This document shows, piece by piece, positions 18,670 through 27,599 of a stretch of DNA of 64,000 nt. The stretch is from Candidatus Fermentibacterota bacterium (GTDB lineage: Bacteria > Fermentibacterota > Fermentibacteria > Fermentibacterales > Fermentibacteraceae). Under the pieces are notes generated by a model that did not search any database, was not told where the DNA came from, and saw nothing but the letters and a program-made list of their open reading frames with translations. Both the position numbers and the translations under genes were made by a program. How positions within the stretch are numbered: the stretch's first letter is position 1; each line of letters begins with the position of its first letter. Where the stretch lies: the NCBI GenBank assembly GCA_963718745.1, contig OY970370.1, positions 140,821-204,820 of the forward strand, read 5' to 3'.

Positions 18670-19391
18670 TAGAGATCAGGGTCGATGAGGACGCCTGCGT
18701 CGGCTGCACCCTCTGCGTCGACATCTGTCCGACCAAGGTGTTCGAGTTCGACGAGAAGAAGGGCAAGCCTGTCGTGGCAAAGCCCAAGGAGTGCTTCGGC
18801 TGCCTGAGCTGCTCCGAGATCTGCCCCGCCACGGCGATCACCCACGAGGGCATCACCCACTCCGAGAACCACTACTACGATCCGGGATCGATCCGGATCT
18901 CGCAGAAGTCGACTGGCGTGTCTCCCGAGATCAACTTCCCGCAGGATCCGGGCTCCCGCAAGAGCGCGGTGGGCGACCTCGGGATCCGGCTCCTCTCGGT
19001 GGCCTCCGTCTTCAGGCAGACGCTCGGTGGAAGCCTTCCCGCGGTGGGAACCATGGCCGGCCGCACGCTCGCCACACAGCTCCCGCGGTACCACGTGCCG
19101 GCGGACTTCGCCGAAGCCCTCCGGATGGTCGTCGATCAGCTGGCCCCCACATGGGATCTGAAAGCCGAGTACGACGGGGCGGAGAGCCTCAAGATCAAGA
19201 CCGGGAGCTGCTTCATCCGCGACCTCTGCAAGAAGGAGGGCATCCCCCTGGGAGGCGACCTCTGCATACTGTTCTACAACTACCTCGCGGGTTACCTGGG
19301 CAAGCTCTCGGGAGTCAGGCTGAAGCTCGAGAACACTGCCCCCGGAGACACCTCCTGCACATACGACATCAAGGTGTTCAGGAAGGAGTGA
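18666..19391 (+). CDS. 2[4Fe-4S] ferredoxin fused to a V4R-like domain
   Basis: GTG overlaps the large-subunit stop; CVGCTLCVDICP and CFGCLSCSEICP; C-terminal CFIRDLC..LCILFYNYLAGYL..GDTSC. Confidence 0.85.
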   Translation: MIEIRVDEDACVGCTLCVDICPTKVFEFDEKKGKPVVAKPKECFGCLSCSEICPATAITHEGITHSENHYYDPGSIRISQKSTGVSPEINFPQDPGSRKSAVGDLGIRLLSVASVFRQTLGGSLPAVGTMAGRTLATQLPRYHVPADFAEALRMVVDQLAPTWDLKAEYDGAESLKIKTGSCFIRDLCKKEGIPLGGDLCILFYNYLAGYLGKLSGVRLKLENTAPGDTSCTYDIKVFRKE

Positions 19392-19861
19392 GCCCGGATC
19401 CGGTTGCCAGGCTCGCGGTCGTAGGCATAGGGAACACCCTGGCGGGAGACGACGGAGCCGGGATAAGGGCAGTTGAGATGCTGAGAGACAGGCTGGGGGA
19501 TGCCGCTGGTCATGGCATCCTCCTCCTGACTCTCGAGGGCGACCTGCTCTCGGTCGCCGACATGCTTGAAAGCGCAGACAGCTTCATCTTCCTCGACGCG
19601 GTAGCCGGCACCCCGCCCGGACGGATCGTGAGATCCAGCTCCGCCTGCAGGGCTTTCGCCCCCTCGTTCCACCAGACCGACATCGGCACGCTCATGGCGA
19701 GGCTCAGCACGCTGGGGCTGCGCGAGCCGTTCCCCACATGGGAGATACGGGGTGTGACTATCGATCCGCCCACCTTCCTGGGGGAGGGGCTCTCACCGGA
19801 GGTCGAGGAGGCGGTCGACAGGCTGGTGGAAGACCTCGCCGCGGAGATCCGGGGATCGTGA
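19388..19861 (+). CDS. Hydrogenase maturation endopeptidase (HyaD/HybD/HycI family)
   Basis: VVGIGNTLAGDDGAG, IFLDAV, SFH, GEGLSPEV. Confidence 0.92.
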   Translation: MSPDPVARLAVVGIGNTLAGDDGAGIRAVEMLRDRLGDAAGHGILLLTLEGDLLSVADMLESADSFIFLDAVAGTPPGRIVRSSSACRAFAPSFHQTDIGTLMARLSTLGLREPFPTWEIRGVTIDPPTFLGEGLSPEVEEAVDRLVEDLAAEIRGS

Positions 19862-22131
19862 CAGTCCGACCGCCGGAGACCGCCGGCGGGGCGGCCCGGG
19901 ATTCGACCCGCCGCGTGTCCCTGACGGTCAAGGGTATCGTCCAGGGCGTCGGCTTCAGGCCCTTCCTCTTCAGGCTCGCGAGCAGACTCTGCATCACAGG
20001 CTGGTGCGTGAACAGCGGAGGAGAGGTCCGTCTCGAGATCCAGTCCACGGCCGGGGCGATAGGCGCCTTCCTCGAGCTGCTCGTCTCGGAGCTTCCACCG
20101 GCGGCATCGATCGAGTCGGTGACCACCTCGGAGATACCGGCTGTCTCTTCCGAGCGAGCCTTCGTGATCCTGCCCAGCGAGGAGAGGGCGCTCGAGCCCG
20201 GTGGCCTCTCGCCGGATCTCGCCCCGTGTCCCGCATGCCTTGCCGAGATGCGGGATCCATCTTCCAGACGCAGGGGATACGCCCTGCTTTCCTGCTCGGA
20301 CTGCGGGCCACGCTATTCCGTCAGTACCGGGCTCCCGTACGACCGCGCACTTACGACCATGGCCCCATACCCGCTCTGCTCCGCATGCGAGAGGGAGTAC
20401 CTGGATCCTTCCGACAGGAGGTTCCATGCCGAACCCCTCGCCTGTCCCGTCTGCGGTCCCCCCCTGAGGCTGGTGACCGCGGGAGGGGGCTCACGTGAGG
20501 GTGACCCTGTTGCCGATGCTGCCGGCATCCTGCATCGCGGGGGAGTCGTAGCGGTGAAGGGGGCGGGAGGATACCTCCTGGCTGCAAACGCCTGTGACGA
20601 CGCAGTACTGGAGAGGGTCAGGAGATCCAAGAACCGCCCGTGGAAACCCCTGGCCGTGATGGTCGGAGACCTTGCCTCGGCAGCTGGCCTGGTCCTGCTG
20701 GACGGTGCGTCAGCCGAGGCACTCTGCTCTCCAGCCGCACCCATCGTCATAGCACGGGCCAGACCGGGCAGCCGCCTCTCCCGCCTGGTGGCTCCCGGCA
20801 TGTCGACGATCGGGGTGATGCTCCCCTCGACCCCGCTCCAGCAGATGCTGCTGGATGCCTTCGACGGTCCTCTTGTCATGACTTCCGGCAACGACGCGGA
20901 GGATCCCATCATCACCGAAGACTCGGACGCCCTGTCCTCCCTGGACGCGGATTCCTTCATCATGCACGACCGGAGGATAGAGGGGGCGCTGGATGACAGT
21001 GTCGTCATACCGCCGATAATCGTCAGGCGCTCGCGGGGTTTCGTCCCGAGGATCGTGAAGGCGGCGTTCAACACCCCGGTACCCATCGTGGCGGCTGGAG
21101 CGGATCAGAGCGCGACATTCGCGTTGATGCGGAACGACAGGCTCCTCCCGGGGAGGCCGATCGGCGATCTGGACGGCCCTGCAGCCGCCCGGACATGGCG
21201 GGTCGAGCTGGACAGGATGCTATCGCAGTACGGGGTCGACAGGGCGGTAGTAGCCGCCGACCTCCACCCGGGTTACCGTTCCAGGGCGCTTGCAGAGGAA
21301 CTGGCGGGCTCACGGGGATGGAAGGTCTTCGTGGTCCAGCACCATTTCGCGCACATGTGCTCCGTGATGCTGGAACACGGCCTCGACCCCTCCGCGAAAG
21401 CCGTCGGCCTGATACTGGACGGAACCGGCTACGGTCCCGACGGATCGATCTGGGGTTGCGAGATGCTCGAGGGCGGCCTCGAAGGCTACAGGAGAGCCGG
21501 CCATCTGAAGCAGGTGCCCATGCCAGGAGGAGAGGCGGCGGTGCGCGAACCCAGACGCATGGCGGCCTCGCACCTGAGGTCGGCAGGCCTGGTGCACGAC
21601 TGGCCGGCGCTCGACCAGGTCATGGACTCGCGGAGCCTCTCGCCGCTGACCTCGAGCGCGGGGCGGCTTTTCGATGCCGCCGCATATGTCCTGGGTATAT
21701 GCCCGCCGCGTGTCTCCTGCCAGGCGGAGGCGGCAATGCTGCTGGAGTCCGCCGCCGATCCGGAGGAGACCCTCTCCTTCGACATGGATGTGGACTCCTC
21801 GTTCGTGATCGATCCTTCGAGGGCTTTCGAGCGTCTTCTGGACGGGAGCATCCCTGTGCCGGCGAGGGCCGCCGGATTCCACAACGGTCTGGCCGGAGCC
21901 CTATGCAGGGCCGCGACCGGAATCCTGGATGGAAGGGATCTGCCCGTGGTGCTTGCAGGAGGCTGCTGGGCCAACACTCTCCTCCTGCGGGCGGTCCGTT
22001 CCGGCCTGGAGGGCGCGGGTCTGGATGTGATGTTCGGCAGGGAACTGCCGGTGGGCGACGGAGCGGTGGCCGCAGGCCAGGCGGCGGCGGTCGCTGCGAT
22101 GCTCCCCGTTGGACGGGAGCGGGCTGTCTGA
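19858..22131 (+). CDS. hypF: Carbamoyltransferase HypF
   Basis: GIVQGVGFRPF acylphosphatase domain, zinc fingers CPAC/CSDCGPR/CSAC/CPVCGP, KPLAVM, DLHPGY, QHHFAH, DGTGYG, TSSAGRLFD. Confidence 0.96.
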   Translation: MTVRPPETAGGAARDSTRRVSLTVKGIVQGVGFRPFLFRLASRLCITGWCVNSGGEVRLEIQSTAGAIGAFLELLVSELPPAASIESVTTSEIPAVSSERAFVILPSEERALEPGGLSPDLAPCPACLAEMRDPSSRRRGYALLSCSDCGPRYSVSTGLPYDRALTTMAPYPLCSACEREYLDPSDRRFHAEPLACPVCGPPLRLVTAGGGSREGDPVADAAGILHRGGVVAVKGAGGYLLAANACDDAVLERVRRSKNRPWKPLAVMVGDLASAAGLVLLDGASAEALCSPAAPIVIARARPGSRLSRLVAPGMSTIGVMLPSTPLQQMLLDAFDGPLVMTSGNDAEDPIITEDSDALSSLDADSFIMHDRRIEGALDDSVVIPPIIVRRSRGFVPRIVKAAFNTPVPIVAAGADQSATFALMRNDRLLPGRPIGDLDGPAAARTWRVELDRMLSQYGVDRAVVAADLHPGYRSRALAEELAGSRGWKVFVVQHHFAHMCSVMLEHGLDPSAKAVGLILDGTGYGPDGSIWGCEMLEGGLEGYRRAGHLKQVPMPGGEAAVREPRRMAASHLRSAGLVHDWPALDQVMDSRSLSPLTSSAGRLFDAAAYVLGICPPRVSCQAEAAMLLESAADPEETLSFDMDVDSSFVIDPSRAFERLLDGSIPVPARAAGFHNGLAGALCRAATGILDGRDLPVVLAGGCWANTLLLRAVRSGLEGAGLDVMFGRELPVGDGAVAAGQAAAVAAMLPVGRERAV

Positions 22132-22150
22132 TGAAGGGAAGGGTTTTCGC

Positions 22151-22813
22151 GTGATTCGAAGGATGAACACAGGCGTGATGAGGAGGAACGAGGAGGAGGC
22201 AGCCGGGAACAGGGCGCTGCTGGATGGTCTCGAGATCCTGGGGATCAACATCATGAGCTCGCCCGGCTCCGGGAAGACCACGCTCCTGGAGAGCCTGGGC
22301 CGTATCCTCGGATCGGAGATGGCCGTCATCGAGGGCGACGTGAAGACCAGGAGGGACGCGGAGAGGCTGGAGGAGATCGGGATCAAGGCCTGGCAGATCG
22401 AGACAGGCGGCGCCTGTCATCTGGACGCCCTTTCCGTAGGGAGCGCCATTTCGAGCCTGGGACTCAGGAAGGGCGTACAGAAGTTCCTCGTCATAGAGAA
22501 TGTCGGCAACCTGATCTGCCCCAGCTCCTATGATCTGGGCGAACGCCTCAGGATCGGCCTCCTGTCGCTTCCGGAGGGTGACGACAAGGTCCTCAAGTAC
22601 CCGTCGCTCTTCAGCCGGATCGACCTCCTGCTCCTGACGAAAACGGATCTTGCCCCATACCTCGATTTCGACCTGGGGAGGGCCGAGGCCGAGTGCAGAA
22701 GCATCAACCCGGGACTCGTGACGATCGCTGTCAGCTCTGCAACCGGCGCGGGTGTGGACGAGGTTGTCTCCCTGTTCAGGAAGCGCTACGGAGAGGTCTG
22801 GGGAGGCGCCTGA
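22151..22813 (+). CDS. hypB: Hydrogenase nickel incorporation GTPase HypB (no His-rich N-terminus)
   Basis: SSPGSGKTTLLE, IEGD, TGGACHLDA, IENVGNLICP, TKTDL; start GTG 22151 or ATG 22163. Confidence 0.95.
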   Translation: MIRRMNTGVMRRNEEEAAGNRALLDGLEILGINIMSSPGSGKTTLLESLGRILGSEMAVIEGDVKTRRDAERLEEIGIKAWQIETGGACHLDALSVGSAISSLGLRKGVQKFLVIENVGNLICPSSYDLGERLRIGLLSLPEGDDKVLKYPSLFSRIDLLLLTKTDLAPYLDFDLGRAEAECRSINPGLVTIAVSSATGAGVDEVVSLFRKRYGEVWGGA

Positions 22814-23532
22814 CCGTCCCTTCCCAGAGCGCGGAGAAGAGCCCGCATCTCTGCTGGGTCGAATGCGCGGAGGCCGTCTCCGCCTGTTCGTGAGAACGAG
22901 CCATGGATCCATCCGGAACCGGTTGCCATGACGAGTCCGGGGGCGTTGGACGCCCGGATTCCTCCGCCCGGGAGTATCTCGATGGTGTCTCCCGCGTGCT
23001 CGATCAGCCCGGCCAGGCATCGTGCACCCTCCGGGGCGGACGCGGCGCCACCGGATGTGAGAACGCGCACGACACCCAGATCGATGAGCGAATCCAGTGC
23101 GGACAGCTTGTCAGACACGAGGTCGAAGGCCCTGTGGAAAATGATAGGGATCCCGCCAGCCGCCTCCCGGACCCTCTCGATGAAGCCGGTGTCGATCCCG
23201 TGGTCGTGCGTCAGGGCGCCGGTTACAAATCCTCCCGTGCCGAGCGATGCGAAATCCCTGCAGGTCCTGATGGCCATCCCGGCCTCCGCATCGTCGAAGA
23301 CGAAGCCGCCCGGTCTCGGCCGGACCAGCACGACGACCGGAACGGAAAGGCATTCCAGAGCTGCGAGGATATCCGACCTCTCAGGTGAGACCCCGCCCGT
23401 TTCCAGCCTTCGGCAGAGCTCGATCCTGTCGGCCCCGCACGCGGCTGCGGAAGAGGCATCGGCCGGGGAGCCCGCCGCCACCTCCACAGACACGTCGGAA
23501 AGAAGGGGAGGCCGGACGGGATGCGCCCTCAT
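22786..23532 (-). CDS. cutC: Copper homeostasis protein CutC
   Basis: GADRIELC..GGVSP, VRPRPGGF, FHRAFD, RVLTSGG, ILPGGGI. Confidence 0.93.
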   Translation of the reverse strand: MRAHPVRPPLLSDVSVEVAAGSPADASSAAACGADRIELCRRLETGGVSPERSDILAALECLSVPVVVLVRPRPGGFVFDDAEAGMAIRTCRDFASLGTGGFVTGALTHDHGIDTGFIERVREAAGGIPIIFHRAFDLVSDKLSALDSLIDLGVVRVLTSGGAASAPEGARCLAGLIEHAGDTIEILPGGGIRASNAPGLVMATGSGWIHGSFSRTGGDGLRAFDPAEMRALLRALGRDGQAPPQTSP

Positions 23533-23568
23533 CCGGCCTCCTGCATGCCGGTCAGGTTCGTCCGGACC

Positions 23569-24486
23569 TCAGCGGTTCTGCGGCTGGTAGATCATCGGGA
23601 GACCGTTTCCGGTGTCGCCCACTATCACGAACGTCGTGTTCTCGGAGTGCGCGAGTTCACCCGTGACCTCTATCGCCTTCCAGGACAGCAGCTGCTCGGT
23701 GAGTCCGGTGGATACGATCCGCTGGTAGTCGGCAATGCCCTGGGCTTCTATCCTCATCCTCTCGGATTCCAGAACCTGTGCCTGGATCACGTATTCCATC
23801 CTGAGGGCCTCCTGCTCGGCCTCCTGCTTGGCTACTATCGCGTCGCGCAGGGTCTGGGGCAGATCGATGTTCTCGAGCGGGGCCTGCTCGATGATTATCC
23901 CCAGGGGAGCCAGCAGAGTGGTGAGGCTGTCCTCGATCTGGGTGTTCACTCCGGCTCTGCCGAGGGTGTAGAGAGCCTCGGGATCGTACATCACGAGGAT
24001 GTTCTTGGCAGTCCTGTTGATGAACGGAGCGATGAGGATCGAGTAGTACTCGGAACCGACGGTCTGGAAGACATTGGGGGCCATCGAAGGCTCGAGCCGG
24101 TAGACGAGGCTCATCTGAACGTCGACCGTGACGCCGGTCGAGGTGGAGGCGTTCATGGTCATCGTCTCGGTCTGCCTGCGGATGGACATCAGGTGCACGT
24201 CGGCCCAGGGGATCTTGGCGTGGAGACCCTCGGGGACAGGGGTCCGCTGGACCTGGCCCGCGATTGTGATGACGCCGACATGGCCCGACGGGATCATGAC
24301 CATGCAGGACAGAAGCATCAGGATGAAACCAGCGACGACAGCCAGACCGCCGAGCTTCCGGAGGGGCGATCTGTCGATGCCGTACGCCCGGATCACCTTG
24401 TCGTCGTTCGATCTCTTCTCGCGCCCGCCGGCGGCGAGGGCGAGACCCAATATCACCAGCAGCACTGAAATGACGAATAGAAACAT
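23569..24486 (-). CDS. SPFH/prohibitin family membrane protein
   Basis: Two N-terminal TM segments; IPSGHVGV, EGLHAKIPW, AIVAKQEAEQEA, RIEAQGIA; ATG after GGAGG. Confidence 0.9.
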   Translation of the reverse strand: MFLFVISVLLVILGLALAAGGREKRSNDDKVIRAYGIDRSPLRKLGGLAVVAGFILMLLSCMVMIPSGHVGVITIAGQVQRTPVPEGLHAKIPWADVHLMSIRRQTETMTMNASTSTGVTVDVQMSLVYRLEPSMAPNVFQTVGSEYYSILIAPFINRTAKNILVMYDPEALYTLGRAGVNTQIEDSLTTLLAPLGIIIEQAPLENIDLPQTLRDAIVAKQEAEQEALRMEYVIQAQVLESERMRIEAQGIADYQRIVSTGLTEQLLSWKAIEVTGELAHSENTTFVIVGDTGNGLPMIYQPQNR

Positions 24487-24618
24487 TATCCCTCCTTGCA
24501 TGTCGGCACACCCAACCGGTGTAATGTACGCCCGCGGCCTTCCCGGGGCCACTCCCGGCTATTCCTTTCCGGACGCGCTGGCATTAGATAAGCGGCTGAA
24601 ACATTGAAAGGAGAACAG

Positions 24619-25710
24619 ATGCCCTCCCTCCGTCAGATCTATGCTTCGATCCTCGTCTGCGCATTTCTCCTTGCCGTTCCCACAGAATCGGGAGCCTTCG
24701 GCTTCATCGACTCCTTCCGCGGGGGCACGGCGCTGGCAGGCGCCGGTGCCTATTCGGCCGCGCTCGGCGGATCGAGTTCGACCTATCTGCTGGACGCTTC
24801 CGCGATCTTCCTGAATCCGGCCGGGCTGTCGTCGCTCGAGGGACCCTCGGTCTCACTCGGTGGAAGCGCCCTCGGATGGAAGGAGATCCACAGATACGGC
24901 GTCGGCCGCGAGCTGCGAAGCGACCGGATCACGGGCATGCGCTCCGTGGCGGCTGCCATGCCGATAGGCGGGGGAATCGTAGTGGCCGCTGGGATGGCGG
25001 CTGTTGCGGATGCCGACTATGCCGGCGCCAGATACCTGCTCGACCCCATCAGCGGGGATGTGACCGGACAGGAGATCCTGTACGCCTCCGGCACGCAGTG
25101 GGATGCCGTGGGCGGCATCTCGTACGAGCCGCTGGAGGGCCTCTACGCCGGCCTCTCCGCGGGATTCAGGACAGGCTCGATAGAGCTGGACTACTTCCGA
25201 TACGACGACTGGCTCGGGATGATAGACTCCGTGATGACCGACACGCTCGAGGTGAGCGAGCCCGCGGTGCGCGCCGGACTGATGAAGGTGTCCGACCTCA
25301 CGACTCTCGGCGTGTGCTATTCGGCCGGCGGCGAGTGCCTCGCACCGGTTCTGTCCGGGGGTTTCAGCGTGGTGGCCCCCCACATCCAGAACGTCAGGGT
25401 CGGAATCGAAGGGGATCTTGTATCGCCCCTCGGCCGTAACGACTATGCCGGCAGGCTGCAGATCGAGTATCCCATCGCAGAAACCACGGAAATCCTGGCG
25501 GGCGTCTCCTTCTCCGAGCAGCCCTCCGAGACCGGTTCGGGAATGGGTTTCTCGCTCGGTGGATCGCAGACGGCAGGCATGTTCCGTTTCATCACGGCCA
25601 TGCACTGGCAGACAAAGAAGGTCTACGGCAGCTATGTCGAAGGCGAGGATGCTGACAGAGTGGATGACTCCACCACGGAGTTCATCATCGGAGTGTCGAT
25701 TCTCCCCTGA
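24619..25710 (+). CDS. Putative outer-membrane beta-barrel (FadL/PorV-like N-terminus)
   Basis: Signal peptide; GAYSAALGG..DASAIFLNPAGL plug motif; alternating beta-strands to the C-terminus. Confidence 0.6.
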   Translation: MPSLRQIYASILVCAFLLAVPTESGAFGFIDSFRGGTALAGAGAYSAALGGSSSTYLLDASAIFLNPAGLSSLEGPSVSLGGSALGWKEIHRYGVGRELRSDRITGMRSVAAAMPIGGGIVVAAGMAAVADADYAGARYLLDPISGDVTGQEILYASGTQWDAVGGISYEPLEGLYAGLSAGFRTGSIELDYFRYDDWLGMIDSVMTDTLEVSEPAVRAGLMKVSDLTTLGVCYSAGGECLAPVLSGGFSVVAPHIQNVRVGIEGDLVSPLGRNDYAGRLQIEYPIAETTEILAGVSFSEQPSETGSGMGFSLGGSQTAGMFRFITAMHWQTKKVYGSYVEGEDADRVDDSTTEFIIGVSILP

Positions 25711-26710
25711 AGATGCTGCCTGAATCGGAAGGGCGCGTTCCGCAAGCTCCTGATCCATAGGCCCTGCAGCCGCCCCTGCAGGACCGGAGACTTTCGCAGT
25801 CCTCGCATCCCTGACAGTAACAGCTCCTCCTGAAGCGCTCCGCTTCAACCGACACGGCGATCGATTCGAAGTCGCTGCTCAGGATGCTGCCGAGTCCGAC
25901 GCCCACCTGTTCGCAGGGCCTGACCTCCCCCCACGGATCGACTGCCCACTTGGGTCCGGCACCCAGGCAGCCGCCGTTCTCGATCGCATGAGGACCAAGA
26001 TCCGGCCACTCGCAAGGCGGGAGCACTATGCCCGTATAGATCCGGATCCCTGCGGTGGAGGCCGCCGAACCGGCCAGGTCCAGAGCCATCTTCAACTGAT
26101 CCCTGGATGGAGCGACATCCTCCCAGGACCGTGTCGCCCTGCCGCCGGGGGCAAGGGGGATCAGCTGGAAGGAGGATGCGCCTAGAGCGAAGGCCATCTG
26201 CAGGGCGTCACCCGCCTCGGCACTGTTGAGCGAGCAGACGGTGAATGCGGCTGAAACCGGAAGAGCGGTTGCCGAGGCCGCCGAGATGCCGTGCATCGCA
26301 TCCCGCAGGGCGTCGCGCCCGGAGATCGTTTCGAAGGTCGATCCGGACGCAGCGGGCAGGGATATCTGGAATCCGGTGAGACCCGCCTCGGCCAGGCCCC
26401 TCGCCATGCCTGCGTCGATCAGGGTGCCGTTTGTGGCGAGGAAGACCTCCGGGGCGATCCTCGCCGCCTTCCTCACTATCTCGCGGAGATCGGTGCGCAG
26501 GGCGGGTTCGCCTCCGGAGACGGTCACGCCCCGGAAGGACGCTCCCGGGCCGAGTCTCTCCAGTATTTCGAAGACGGTGCCTTCGGGTGGCGCGGGACGG
26601 GCTTCGCCCTCCGCCGTCCAGGGGTTGCAGCAGTAGATGCATCCGAGGTTGCAGCGGGGTGTGGCCTCCAGAACCAGCCAGCGCTCTCCGGGCTTGTCTT
26701 CAGCGGGCAA
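25685..26710 (-). CDS. Radical SAM protein with SPASM domain (PqqE/SkfB-like)
   Basis: CNLGCIYC, SGGEP, TNGTL; SPASM Cys GCLGAG..VDPWGEVRPC..CEDC..CRGGCRA. Confidence 0.88.
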   Translation of the reverse strand: MPAEDKPGERWLVLEATPRCNLGCIYCCNPWTAEGEARPAPPEGTVFEILERLGPGASFRGVTVSGGEPALRTDLREIVRKAARIAPEVFLATNGTLIDAGMARGLAEAGLTGFQISLPAASGSTFETISGRDALRDAMHGISAASATALPVSAAFTVCSLNSAEAGDALQMAFALGASSFQLIPLAPGGRATRSWEDVAPSRDQLKMALDLAGSAASTAGIRIYTGIVLPPCEWPDLGPHAIENGGCLGAGPKWAVDPWGEVRPCEQVGVGLGSILSSDFESIAVSVEAERFRRSCYCQGCEDCESLRSCRGGCRAYGSGACGTRPSDSGSIFRGESTLR

Positions 26711-27500
26711 GGACCAGATCGGTGAGCAGTGTTCCGAGACCGGGGAGGAGCGCTCTGATGCTGTCGGTTTCCGCTATCGCCCCGTCGATCGAGAGCCTCT
26801 GATCGCTGGAGATGGTCCCGGAGGTGTCGTAGAATGCCCTGAGCTCCTCGAGCCTGATCTGGACGAGGGCCCAGGAAGGTTCCGGCAGCGGGTCCTGCAG
26901 GGAATAGGTATAGATCCGCGGGGTCGCCAGCACATCCAGCAGCAGCGCGGCTGCAGCCGTATCGAATGCAGCCCTGACAGCCTCCGCGCTCTCGATGGAA
27001 CCCATGAGACCGCGGGAGCGGAGGTCCTCGATCGCGTCGAGGCGCCTCTCGAAGGACAGCAGGGACATCTCGGCGTCCTGCATGACCGCGGGCATTATCA
27101 TCCTGGTCATCATGCTCCTCGAGCCGAAGAGCATGCCCTGTATCCGGAGCATGCAGAGCCGTCCGAGGAGCGACAGTTCGGCGGAGGCGGGAGCGGTCGC
27201 GGCAAGGATCTCCAGGTCTCCGGTGATCCTCGTCCTCAGCGTTTCCGCCTTCTCGGCGTCGATCACGCCGGCATAGAAGTCACCGCTCCCGGGCTGGGCG
27301 ACGGCCGTCATCTGCGTCCAGGCCTCCCTCAGATCGGCCCAGGCCGGAGATCCCATTATCGTCGACAGCACGGAGTCACGTGCGGACGGGAGGGCAACAG
27401 TCTCCCCGGGGGAGCCTGCGGAAGGTGCGGCTGCCGCTGCCCGTCCTGCGACCAGGCCTGGCAGGAACAGAAGTCCGGTGGCGCGAAGCGATGCCTTCAT
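26700..27500 (-). CDS. Hypothetical exported helical protein overlapping the radical SAM start
   Basis: ATG 27500 after GGAGG; signal-like MKASLRATGLLFLPGLVAG; coding-like codon usage; no recognised motif. Confidence 0.6.
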   Translation of the reverse strand: MKASLRATGLLFLPGLVAGRAAAAAPSAGSPGETVALPSARDSVLSTIMGSPAWADLREAWTQMTAVAQPGSGDFYAGVIDAEKAETLRTRITGDLEILAATAPASAELSLLGRLCMLRIQGMLFGSRSMMTRMIMPAVMQDAEMSLLSFERRLDAIEDLRSRGLMGSIESAEAVRAAFDTAAAALLLDVLATPRIYTYSLQDPLPEPSWALVQIRLEELRAFYDTSGTISSDQRLSIDGAIAETDSIRALLPGLGTLLTDLVLAR

Positions 27501-27599
27501 GAACCGATTATTGCCTCCGGGGAGCCCGGGGTCACTCTCCCGGCGGGGTGGGCAGGGGCTATGTTCCTCCGGACCGGCAGCAACCCGGAGGTCCGTTTG

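Noticed and set aside
22786-22813. Convergent 3' overlaps (hypB/cutC; also 25685-25710)
   Set aside because: Short tail-to-tail overlaps are common in compact GC-rich genomes
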